A stretch of DNA of 63,394 nt, counting the filler, from Rhabdomonas costata (taxonomy: Eukaryota): assembly GCA_019059605.1 (NCBI GenBank). It is 25 parts of 25 records of this genome, joined end to end, with 100 filler letters (N's around TTAATTAATTAA, not from the genome) between each part and the next. Parts side by side here need not be neighbours in the genome. Positions count along the whole stretch, not along the records: positions 12,683 to 15,119 come from JAHMHO010003415.1; positions 15,220 to 17,653 come from JAHMHO010003416.1; positions 17,754 to 20,189 come from JAHMHO010003417.1; positions 20,290 to 22,739 come from JAHMHO010003418.1; positions 22,840 to 25,275 come from JAHMHO010003419.1; positions 25,376 to 27,811 come from JAHMHO010003420.1; 19 more parts are not named here. One strand, 5' to 3'. Positions 15,083 through 26,563 of the stretch are shown piece after piece. Within the stretch, counting starts at the first letter, position 1, and every line of letters begins with the position of its first letter. Below the pieces are notes generated by a model. The model was not told where the DNA came from, ran no database searches, and saw only the letters and a list, made by a program, of their open reading frames with translations. The position numbers and the translations under genes were made by a program.

Positions 15083-16880
15083 GTGCACGCTCCCAGGGCC
15101 CACCCACTCGCAACGCCACNNNNNNNNNNNNNNNNNNNNNNNNNNNNNNNNNNNNNNNNNNNNTTAATTAATTAANNNNNNNNNNNNNNNNNNNNNNNNN
15201 NNNNNNNNNNNNNNNNNNNTTACTCTGGTCGCTGCAAACGCCCTATATTGTTATATCTCTCGGTGTACTGTGTACTTCCGCCGTGAGGCGTGGTTCACCT
15301 TATGCAACTTCTGTTTAGGCACCTCACCTCTTTGGTGGCAGGTCTGGGTATGTGGTAGATGGGTTTCACCGGGTTCGCGGTCAGGTGGTCCCGAGACTGG
15401 CACATGCTTTCCTGCTGCAGGCCCCTTGCTGAATTTTAGGAAGACGTCAGATGCGCGTCTTTCGGGAGATTTTCGAGTGTTGCGCGTCTTTCCTTCTCTG
15501 CAGGTAATGAATAAATTTCCTTTCCAGCAGAAGAAGATGGGTGATGCTATTACGATTTGCAAATCGATCGAACCCGCAGAGACTCATTGCCCTCTGTAAC
15601 AAGCCTGGTTCGAAGAATAGCGAAGTCTTCCCTTCTCTCACAAGGGCTGTTGAGGTGTTGAGCATCGCCCATGCCCTGCATCACAATGTGCTGGTTCAGC
15701 CCGCGGGCTCTTGCAGTGGAGGAGTTCATCGCATCGAATACGCCATGCGGACCTGACTGCTCCTGCTCTTGACTTCTCTGCGGCGGCGGGGCCTGCTACA
15801 TTTTTCCATTTTCAAGGACTCGTCCGATGCAGACTATCTGGGCAAGTCTCTCCGCAATTTTGGTGCCTTCGTGCCATCGAGCTGCATGTGCATCGACCGT
15901 GGCAGAGTGGGAGTGGGTGTGCTCACACGAAGACCTGTTCGAGCGTTGTCTGAGCAGTTGTGGAGCCAGTGGTGCCGAAGCAGATGACGGGGCTTCTTTG
16001 GCGGTCATCTTAGCGTTTTGCGCACATTTGTCTCTGCCGTGTGTGCAGATAAGCTCGGGGAAGAAAGCTGAATGCCCTGCAAGGTGGATGCTTGCCCTCC
16101 ATGCAAAATGCACTCTGGTGTTTTGTTAGCTGTGTTGGTCATGGCATTGTTGTTGGCTTTGGTTGTCTCGCAACCACAATGTAACCCAGCCGCATGCACG
16201 CCTCAACGGCGTGCACCCTTTTAGCCGCAGCCCGAGGCATCGGCAAGACGAGCGACATGCAGAATGTTCACTGTCCCGCCCTACCCCATCCCGTGAACTT
16301 TCCCAGTGCCCTGAGTGCAATCGTTTTTTGTGACAACAAGAATCACGAGACTGCCTCACCCACAACAGTATCGAATTGCCAGGTCAAATCGTTTTTTCGG
16401 TTTGGTACCCTGACGATGCTTTGGTATTGTTCTGCCTTTTGTTGGGTGGTATATAAGCCCGTAAGGAAACTATTCCACTTCCCACCTCGGGCATCTCAAG
16501 TAGCATTCTTTTTTTTGCTGCCGAATGAAGTTGCGTCGTTTCATGTGGGACACCCGGTATTCGTTTATGAGTTTTCCCATCTCACTGCGACCCTCAGAGC
16601 ATGGACAGTCTTGAACTGCAAAAGATACAAGGTATATCGCGACTTCCCAAATTTGAGATGATGCATACGGCAATGCTTCCGTTTTTCTTGTGCAACAAAG
16701 GCTTTGCAGCATGTCGAAACTTTGTGCCGCGCTGCCCCCTCGCCGCGTGAGGGTTTTCCGTACCGCTCGCAAAGTGCTGGGAAGGGAGGTGGGCGGAGCA
16801 TGACACATGCTTGAAAGAAAGCCATGTGCGGAGGAAGAAGGAGAATGCGAGACATTGTGATATCATTCCGTGTTGGCGAA

Positions 16881-17070
16881 CCTGGGCCTGGGCTTCGAAG
16901 AAGCAATGGCTTGCCAGGTCCGTGCAGGATGGCCGCTCCTGGGCATCCAACCGTGTGGCTTGGGCGACCAGGTTTTGGAACTCCGAGGAGGGCGTCGCCC
17001 GCTCAGGTTGCGAGGGAAAGGACTCCAATAGCTGTGCGTTAACCCACATGAATACATCCTACACGCCCGT
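16881..17070 (-). CDS. Possible protein-kinase C-lobe (subdomain XI) exon fragment
   Basis: SSEFQNLVAQATRLDAQERPSCTDLASHCFF resembles the kinase 'DP..RP.A.ELL.HPFF' motif. No other kinase motifs were firmly placed. Confidence 0.3.
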
Positions 17071-18723
17071 TCCGTCACTCGGTCACTTACGTAACAACAA
17101 AAAGAAATCATCCATTTCAGTTGCCTTTGGATCTCCCACCAAAAGGTTTCTGTTGCGTGAGTGTGAACCTGATGCAGACAGAAGAGGGGTGCGAGAAGTT
17201 GAGGCAGTGCACTTATGCCCCCTCAGTAGGGTGGCTTTCGGCAATTCAGGGGCTGAATAGGGCTGTTGCTTTTGGCCTGGGCGAGTTAGTATGTCTGCCC
17301 AAGATTACTGCAAAATGGATCCTACATGCTCGCTATAGCAAGTGTTTTGTCCCATTTTTTGGTCAGTTTTGGTCAATATTGGGAAATTTCATACACATGA
17401 AATCGCAAAAACGAATTCGTAGAGCATGAGAAAATTTGCATCACATTGAAAATATGGTACTGCTGCAACGCGTTTGGTTTGCGCGACTGACAGTGTAGAA
17501 GTTTGTGCACGAAAGAAAAAGAAAGGAGGAAATGGGGAAGAAAGCAGAAAAGAAGGTGCGCACATACATAGGCGCAAGGTGTCCCGAGTTGTCCAGTGTT
17601 CAAAGTCCGGCACACAACATCAGCACAGTTCAATTTTTTTTCACAAACCACAANNNNNNNNNNNNNNNNNNNNNNNNNNNNNNNNNNNNNNNNNNNNTTA
17701 ATTAATTAANNNNNNNNNNNNNNNNNNNNNNNNNNNNNNNNNNNNNNNNNNNNAAATCTTCGTGATTTCTTGTTCAGGGAAAGTGATGCGTCGTGTGCTG
17801 CGGGCTCTGAGCGAAAAACGTGACCTTGGAGACCTTTCCACGATTGAGGATGGCGCCAGCGTGGTATGAGGCAGTGGTTTGACGTGGAATGTCGTTCCAT
17901 GTTTCTTTTTGGGCCTCCTTCTCAACATCGTTTCCCTTTGCAGTATTCCAGTACCTTTCATGTATGCTGCATTAATGCCATTTTCGTCCGCGCTGTCTGA
18001 CGTGGGAGAGAGGTATTACCAGTGAAATTACTCCGTGTCGAAGCCGTTTTATCCTGTGGAAGCTGTCCAGCTTGCCTCACTTTGCTTGGTTCCTGTGTGC
18101 GGGTGCGTAGATTGTGTTCCCGCTTTTTGTTCAGGATGAGATCCGCAAGGCCCTCACGGATATGGGCCAGAATGTGTAAACAGGCGTTGTGCTGGCACGC
18201 ACTCTTCTACCGATTCGATTCCCAGCAGTGGAGACGTTGCGCTCGGCCCCCGTTGGTAATAACTACAGATAGCTCAGACACGCACAGGAGCTCTGTCTCT
18301 GTGGTGTCCTCTTTCCGTTCCGATGCGTTTTTGTTGAGTAGTGTGTCTTTTGAGATTCATTTTCTGTTGTTGTATCAGAGTGTTGCTGTACTCACCGTCG
18401 AATCATCCGAAACGCCGACAAAGCACTTCCCTAAGGGGTCGTTGGCTTCATCCGGTGTACTTCATGCAAAAGTCTTCCCCGGGGATCAGAGAGGGGAAAT
18501 TTTCACACGTATGAATGTATAGTTAACAGACCAAAACAAAAAGTGGTTAACAAAGGAAAAAGTAGTTGGTTGCTTTTCGGCCCGGACGTCATCAAGGAAA
18601 ACGAGACATTAATAATCGCAACGGACTTCAAGCAACGGACCTTTTACAACGTGTGGTGTTTGAGGCCGTGAAGTTGTGCCTTCCTTTACAGAAGCCTCTT
18701 TTCTACCTCTCGTTTCTAAAGTA

Positions 18724-19356
18724 ATGGGCCTTTCTTCTCTTTCGGTGGCCTGTGGTGCTGTGCTCGTCTGCTTGTGCTTCTTCTACCCACCGTGTGCCGC
18801 GGCGCCTGTTTCCGAGATGGACCTTCAGTCAATGAGGGTGAGGGAAATCAAGCAGCTGCTGCGGTTGCGCAATCTAAGCTACAAGGTGACTTTGGACAGT
18901 GCTCGGAAGGGGGGGGGGGGTCAACTTTTTTCGGACGGGCGTACGCCTCCAATTCCATTGAAGACTCAAATCTACGCACCCGAGCTTTGACGGAAAAGTT
19001 GTGCGGCAGGTTTGCTGGCGCCAATGGGTTCGGAAACTGTTTCCTCGCTGCAGGTAGGAGGAATCAAACAAGAAACGGGACTGCGGGAGTGAGCCATCTG
19101 ACAAGGACTTTCACTTTCGGCCGCAAACATCTGAAGAGCACAATTTGGCAGAACCCGGCGCGTCTCGCGCACCAACCAACTTTATTTTTACCCATCTATT
19201 GCCTTCCCCCTCCCCTCACGTGGCCCTAATAATTCGCACGATACCGAAATATAATTCCGTTTCCACCAACACCGCTTGTCTTTGCAGGGATATGTGGACA
19301 AAAAGGACTTAATCGCTATCATTCGTGCTGATGAAAAAGGCCGCGTGGCCAAAATG
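18724..19356 (+). CDS. Signal-peptide protein with an ARMET/MANF-C (SAP-like) domain; exons 18724-18885, 19288-19356 (or running on to the stop at 19536)
   Basis: MGLSSLSVACGAVLVCLCFFYPPCAAA is signal-like. It is followed by DLQSMRVREIKQLLRLRNLSYK|GYVDKKDLIAII, matching the 'L..MRVKELK.IL......GC.EK.DL' pattern. Confidence 0.6.
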
Positions 19357-21133
19357 GTGGGCAGCCTCACCCCAGTATCCTTTGACTTCAGCAGCCAGTT
19401 GCTGTCGGACTTGAATGTTCCCTCGCGGCGGAAGGCCATTGATCCTGCTCAAGGAGATTCTCCTCAGCCAATGCTCTGTGAGGTAAGGATCAACGGGACC
19501 CACTGCACAACCGCTGACATGGGGGAAACGATGTAACAAGCTGGTTTCCGTTGGAACCTCAGATAATTAATGGAGTTTTGTGTCATCTGCTTCGCAGACA
19601 TGGTTGGCACTGCTTCCATTGTAGCAGCCTTGTCACCCAGTTTTTTTTGTCACCCAAATTTGCTTTTTGCTTTGTTGTCCTATGACAGACGGTTGCATGT
19701 CGGATGCTTCGGATGCTTCGTGCAATTGATTATGATTACTTCAATGATAAAAGGTTGGCGTCCTGATTTTCCAATTATGTAGGTTCCAAACGCGAACGCT
19801 TGACAAGTGGCTTCCAAATACTTCACACGTACACCATTTTGCCTGTCCTTTGCCTCCTACTGCTTTGCCTGGCTTCAATACGCTAAATACGTTAGACTGA
19901 ATGCTTTGTAAGCATGAACTAAAAAGGCATGTTTGCTTGTTGCGGTGGCGAATTCCAGCTGCGCCCCGCCCAGTTTTTGTGTTCCCCCGGAAGCCGCGTG
20001 CAGCAGTTCCGTCCGGTTGTTGCCTTTGCAAACAAGCGACTGCAACCGTTGCAAACACCGACCACCGCCAACAGCATGCCTGCACACAAAGGCTGTTGAC
20101 AAAGAACTTCGCGAAAAATTCTAAGAGAGGTGCGGCGGCAAACAAAGGGAACACGAGACGGGACAGAAAAAAGAGGCGGAAACAAACACNNNNNNNNNNN
20201 NNNNNNNNNNNNNNNNNNNNNNNNNNNNNNNNNTTAATTAATTAANNNNNNNNNNNNNNNNNNNNNNNNNNNNNNNNNNNNNNNNNNNNTTGTTTTGGTG
20301 TAAGTTTTGAAGTTGCCATCGGCCGTTTTGTCGCGCAACTTTCATCGGTCAACTTTCCTCACGTACCCCTCTTCCCTGCACCTCGCCGACTTTCGGGTTC
20401 TTAAAGCGCACCCGCCCCAGTTTGTGTACAGAGCCGAGAGTTAATGACCGCCCTGTGCCTGTTCCGTCCTCAGAGGAAAGGTGTGTGGGGTGGGTGTATG
20501 TGTGTGTGTCACAGCGCTATTTTTTTTTCTTGTTTTTTGGGATCCCGCCCGTGCCATGTGGCACACCCAGGGATCGATGTTTCCTTGATGCGAAGTCAAA
20601 TGAAGATTTCAGGGAGGCACCATGGGGAAACTGATTTTGGAAGCCCAACGACAGAGAAGGAAGTAACACACCTAATGAAACATAAATGAGTGAGTCCGGT
20701 GCCGGGGCATCAAAGGGATACCCTGGGCCCCAGTACCCATCTCGCCGTTTCGCCAGCACTGCCCTCAAACCCCAAGGCCAAATGACCTGATCATGGGCAT
20801 TTACACCTTTCGCCACCTAACCCCCTGCGAGACCAAAACCCCTCTGGTAACAACCGCAGGGCCCCCACCCTCTAGCACTTAAATTTTGGAGTGCTACTTT
20901 GCGCCCCGCATCCTTTTCGGACGACACGCTGCCCTTAAGGCAAGCCCGAACGCCGCCTTGGAAGGGAGGGGGGGCGACAGGTGAACTATGTGAACGTTAC
21001 TCTTCTTCCGCACCACTTTACGCTTTTCGTTTCATTTTCACTCTCTATCTCTCTCTCTCCGTATCGTGCTTCCCTGTCATGGACCAGCAGGAAGCTTTTT
21101 CGCGGATCGAACTGCCGGGATACACGATAAACG

Positions 21134-22504
21134 ATGGCTTCTCGGCAGTGGAAGAGGACCTTCTATGACGAGGTCACTGTGTATTCCGAGGATCGTGAGC
21201 TGCTGCAGCCCGGGCAGTGGCTGAATGACAACATCCTTTCCCTCTACTTCGCGTATGCCTCGCTTTGCCCTTACTTTTGGTTTTACTTTTGTCCAGCTCC
21301 TCCGACCACACATCTGCATGTGGTCAAATGCCCGGAAATGCAGAGTAGAGTCAAATGCCCGGAAATCAGAGTAGAGCAGCTGCGCCACTGAGATTCGCTT
21401 TTGTTGGTTTTTGATATACCATTGATTCCGCAGCAGGCCTTGTGCCTTTTTGCTCTTCATTGTGCAGTTATCGACATTTGCGGTCCCCATCCCCACATTT
21501 ATGAAATGCGCAACCGTTTTCCTTGCTGTAGAATCGTGTGCTACCCTCCGTTTCGGATGATGACAGGTACCTCGCTCACGAGGTGTTCCCATACCCGGCC
21601 GTGCTGTTCGTGCCTCCCCCAGTGTCCTTCATGCTATCCATGATCGAGGGTATGTGCCCCCAAAACACACACACACACTCTCTCTCTCTCACATCTTGCG
21701 TGAAGTTCATATCAAACTTTTAAAAAGAGGTTTAGACGGGAGCTTCGAAAGCAGCTGTGTCTTTTGAGCTCAAAGGTCTGGGTTGACATAAAGTCTTTGC
21801 GCGCAGTTGTCTGTGTGGGTGTGTATGCACCTACGCGCACAGATCCAACGCACCACGCACCATGCATTATATCAACCACACAGCACATTCCTCCTCGTCT
21901 CGCATCGCGCATTGCCACGCCTCGGACACCAGTCTGGTGTGTGTGTGTGTGTGTGTGTGTGTGCAGATCCGACGGACGGCAGCATGCTGGAGGAGCTCGC
22001 ACGGGGACTGGAACTTCGGTCCAGGGAGCTGGTTCTCGTGGCCATAAATGACAACACACACGTTTCCCGGTCTCGAGGAGGCTCTCACTGGGCACTTCTG
22101 GTCTACGTTCAGGCCCGTCACACCCCCTATCTGCTATCCCTGCGCTTCCTTCTGGATTACACTGCTTTGAAGAGGTGAAAGATGACGCGAGGACGCTTGC
22201 ATCGAGCCTATCTCATAATCTCAATCTCTCTCTTCGTTTCTCCTTGGTCTTGTTTTTATAAAGATGACACCCCCGGAGCGCTCCCATTGCAAGATGGCGA
22301 ACGGAACGTGTTGTCAACGGGATGGGGCTGTGGGGCTGTGAACATGACTCTGCCGTGTACAAGTTCCGTTTTCCCGTTTTGTCGAGCAGAAAGCACAGCA
22401 GTGGAAGTACTTCGATTCCCTGGGTGCGTCCAATATGGCGGCTGCTCAGCGGATGGCGGTGAGACTGGGGGTGCTTGTCGCGCCCCACAGTGCATCCGTC
22501 GGAG
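21134..22504 (+). CDS. SENP8: NEDD8-specific protease (Ulp1/C48 family), partial; exons 21134-21252, 21567-21649, 21967-22112, 22390-22504
   Basis: Motifs are DRELLQPGQWLNDNILSLYFA|YL, VLVAINDN and GGSHWALLVYVQ|KAQQWKYFDSLG (catalytic His and Asp). Confidence 0.85.
21323..21376. repeat. Tandem duplication of a ~27-bp unit in a SENP8 intron
   Basis: gtcaaatgcccggaaat(g)cagagtaga occurs twice. Confidence 0.9.
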
Positions 22505-22959
22505 GTATGGATCCCCACACATCATCCACTTGCCCGCATGTCCAAAAGACCAGATCTCAAATTTTAAAAACTTGAAAAATCCCAATAAATCCTTTACCGG
22601 ATTTATATGATTTTCTCGAAGCAGACAAAACCACCACGCATGCATTCGAAGCCCATCATTACCGCTTGGCTTTATATCTGCTCCCCCATTCCGACCCATC
22701 CTCAGTGAAAACGTGGGCTCTATTATTGCGTCTTTGTTTNNNNNNNNNNNNNNNNNNNNNNNNNNNNNNNNNNNNNNNNNNNNTTAATTAATTAANNNNN
22801 NNNNNNNNNNNNNNNNNNNNNNNNNNNNNNNNNNNNNNNGGGGTGGTTGAGGGATGAGGAGTGATAGGTGTATAGAAGAAGAGAGGCACGAACTGATGTG
22901 AGTGCCGACATGAGATACTAGTCAGGATGTCATCTCGTACCACGATGCCATCCTTCCTT

Positions 22960-23736
22960 CTATTCCTACTCGCTACGCTCGTGACCTTCTATTACGGCAT
23001 GCCTCACTGCGTTCGACATGCCTTCATGTAAGTGTATGTTAAAGTGTATGCTGATACCCCATGCCTCCCTCGCTGCGCTTCGTGAGTCATGGGGCCCCTT
23101 CTTACATTCTACTACGCATTCTCGGTGCCTCGAATGCTTCGTGTGTATTCTATTACGGTATGCCTCACTGCGTTCGACATGCCTTCATGATAGAGGGAGG
23201 AGCGACTGAGAGGGAGCGACGGGAAGGATACAATGATAGTCGCATGGTCCCTTCACTGCGTTCAGGGCCCATGCTCCAACTCAGAAGAGAAGACCGCCTT
23301 CGGCGACGCTCTCACTACGTTCGTTACGCTGCGCTCCACTCACTTCGTTCTGTGAATGTGGTAGTTCGTCGTTCCACCGCTACGCGGTTCCACTCCTCAC
23401 CTTTCTATCGATCACGTAGTCGTCATGATGCTCGGTCCCTCGCATCATTCCTCCACTGGTCGCATACCACTGACACGGTTACGCATTCTCCAACGATGAC
23501 GTCAGGAGGCTCACGTCCTATCGCATCCTTCCTCTACATGTGGTTCGTTCCACAGCGATGCGGTTCCACTCACAGGTCGTCAGTCACTCACTGCGTTCGT
23601 TCCTTCCTCCTGACGTCCTCACTCGCTGCGCTCGTTCCTTCTGTCCTACTACGCATGATGCCCCTACGTGACATCATGCTACGTGTATGAAGATAGAAGG
23701 GATGTTAAAATGTATGCTGATACCCCATGCCTCCCT
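22960..23736. repeat. Dense array of short mini-hairpin motifs with internal direct repeats (organelle/ssDNA-like, possible NUMT)
   Basis: Recurrent motifs are CTCGCTACGCTCG, CTCGCTGCGCTCG, CACTGCGTTCG, CACTACGTTCG, CACTTCGTTC and CGCCTTCGGCG. There is a ~42-bp repeat (22987-23028 vs 23148-23189) and a ~34-bp repeat (23037-23070 vs 23703-23736). Confidence 0.75.
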
Positions 23737-26563
23737 ATGAATCCCGCTGTGCTGCCCAAGTGGGGATTGTGAATCATGCTAGGGTCCTTGATGTGCTGGG
23801 CCGTGGTTTGCCTTTGCCTGCTTGTTGTGGGCCGCTTCTTTTCCTCGCACCACATATTATTGGGTGGAGTGTCGACAATTGGCGGGTTTGTTGTGGTGAA
23901 GGAGCTTATGTTCTCTGCAAACAGAGCCTTTGTCGTTCTTCCCTTCACACTTTCTTGCCGATGTCCGCCCTGCAACTCTCGCCTGTGGTTCGAGTGGTGA
24001 TGTGCTACACCCATAACCCCTACTCCTTTGAAGGTACATGGGGCTCCTGCGTGTACTAATTAATAATAGCATCGAGGAAGGGTTTGGCTAGCCCTTCTTT
24101 TGAGCAGCACTCAACCGCTTATCCGTGATTGGCATGGCTTCTGTGCTTAGGTTGGTTTCCTACATGCTTCGGTTGCCTTTGGGGTCGACCCTTTTACAAA
24201 AAGCCAAAACAAGGACATCAAGGACATCACCTCGATTTTTGCAAATTTCAGACGGAACTGAAGCCTGGATGCGTCGTGCACACTGTTAGAGAAAAGTTAA
24301 ATGGGAGTGGGGGTAAGAAGAGTGGGGGTAAGAACCCTATAATGTATCGTGCCGGCACTGTGCTTGTAGCCGTCAGATGCAGTGTTAGGGTGCAGTTCCA
24401 TGCCTTGTGCCAGCATTGTGCGAAGGTATGCGTGCGAAATCGCAGGGGCCCTTGGAGTACTTCGCTACGAGATTCTTAATTCGTCTTCCATGGCTGCGGA
24501 GGTGTTGAAACGGTGTGCCTCATGTACTTTCTTTTCTCCTAGTATTAGCACAGAGCGGGGACAGGTCCGTGACGTCGGCTCCTTTTGGCAAAGCACATAT
24601 TTTGGTTGATGGATGATCCCAACTAACCGCAGCGCGCAGAACCTTTCGGTTGTCGCGACCCAAACGACGGTAGTCTCTCTTCAATGAGAGTGATGCCAGC
24701 AGACACCAGCAGCCGCGCTGGCGGATGCGGCCAGATAGCTCGCTGGGCAGCCCCCCGTTTTTGTGGGTTTTTGGGCAATTTATGAGCAATATGGGCACTG
24801 AAGACCTCCTCCAAGGAGGTAATTTCTCTGGCTGAGCCCCCTCCCCCGCCAGGCCGCGGCTTGCATTGTTCTTGTGTGGTTGCAAACTTATCCCCGCTCT
24901 CAGAACACAGACACTCCCGGCAAGTACGGGAGGTTCCACTGTGGTCTCAGCCGGAGCGACGGCTCTCTCTCTCTCTCTCTCTCTTCTGGCTACCGGCTCA
25001 GACCTTGTGACTGAAAACAAAGGCCCGGAGGGTAGTCAGCATCTCAGGGATGGGACCTCAGGGTTTGTGGTGGAAAAATTGTGATATCTGATGCTCCGTT
25101 GTGCAATCCAAACATCGCATCGCCTTCTGTAGTAGCAATGTCAGCGCTTGTCGACCACAGCGACCACAGCGGAGTGAACTATGTACCATGTGAGAACGAT
25201 GGATGGTTTGATGGTGCGGGCACAGCCCTTCGCGCGAAGATGTGGCGAGAATGCCCGTACCCTCCCGCACCGAGANNNNNNNNNNNNNNNNNNNNNNNNN
25301 NNNNNNNNNNNNNNNNNNNTTAATTAATTAANNNNNNNNNNNNNNNNNNNNNNNNNNNNNNNNNNNNNNNNNNNNTGTGGGGGTGGTTGTTACCAAGCCG
25401 TGCCGTTATGACCCGACCCGTCCTTGCAGGAATGTATCCATTTTGTGCTTTTATTTGTTGTTGTGGTTTTGCGGGGGGGTGCGGGTAAGACGTGTTCTTC
25501 CTCTATCTGCAAAAAGTTGCCATCATCGTCATCAGTGAAGTGTGAAGTTGGGGCGATGGTTAGGGGAGAGGTTATGGAAGAGCCCCGTTCTCCTGTTGGC
25601 TGTTTCGAGGTCTCTTGTACTTGCCACGGAACCTCTTCTTTTTTTCTTTGTAGTAACATCAGCTGCGAGGAGCGAAGAAACCGCTATGCCCACCTCGGTT
25701 CGCTGCAGTCCCATTCCTCCACCCTCACGAGGAGGTCACCGATTGCATTGAAGCGAAGGCAACAGGGGGCCCTGTAAAACATTCTCATCTCGCTTCTTTG
25801 CGTCTTTTCCATTACCGCAGTATCTCTCTTGCTTATCCACATCCATGGTCGCGACAATTTTCTTCCAGCTAAATGTCAAGCCATAAACGTGCTGGTAATA
25901 TCAGAGCACTGTCCCTCGCACAATTATTTTCAACGAGGAACACCACAAGCACCGCATGCGCTGCACTTCCTTTTCCGGTTTTTTTTGTAATCCTTCTTTT
26001 TCGAGGATGTTTTTAACTCTGCCGCTTTGACGGCCCGGCCTTTGATTTCTGCCTCAGGCTTTACTTTGGCAGCGCGGACCCAACCACCAACCCTGACTTC
26101 TGGGACTGGACCCACGTCGAGGTGCGCCAGGGGCGGCCGGACGTTGCCTTGAATTACGGCTTTTTGCTTAACATTCTACGTCCAACTGCATGGTCTAAAA
26201 TTCCACAAAATAGACCCATAGAAAGTGGACAATCGCAGCATCGCTGTCTGCTGGGTTATATTTATTGTTTTGCGTTGGGAAGCGACCAAAACAGCAAAAA
26301 GGTAGCCCGTGGCCTGCAGGGTTCGGCAATCCCCAGAGAATTACTGGAAGCACTCAGGAGTGCAGCTGAACCATGGTTCCCATGATTGGCCCCGGCCTGA
26401 AGGGATTTTTTTACCAGATATGATCACAGTGTTCTACACGTCGGCATCCCGCGCAGTTGCAATGAAAAGTTTGGTTTTCCTGTGTAGGGCATTCTCAGGA
26501 ATTGTTTTCCATCCCCTCCATCCCGAGACGTGCATTTATGCGCGCGCCTCTTCTCGTGTGTAG

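Noticed and set aside
23061-23690. 209-aa Arg/Ser-rich ORF as a protein gene
   Set aside because: It is a by-product of the stop-poor hairpin motif array (SLRS/HCVR repeats).
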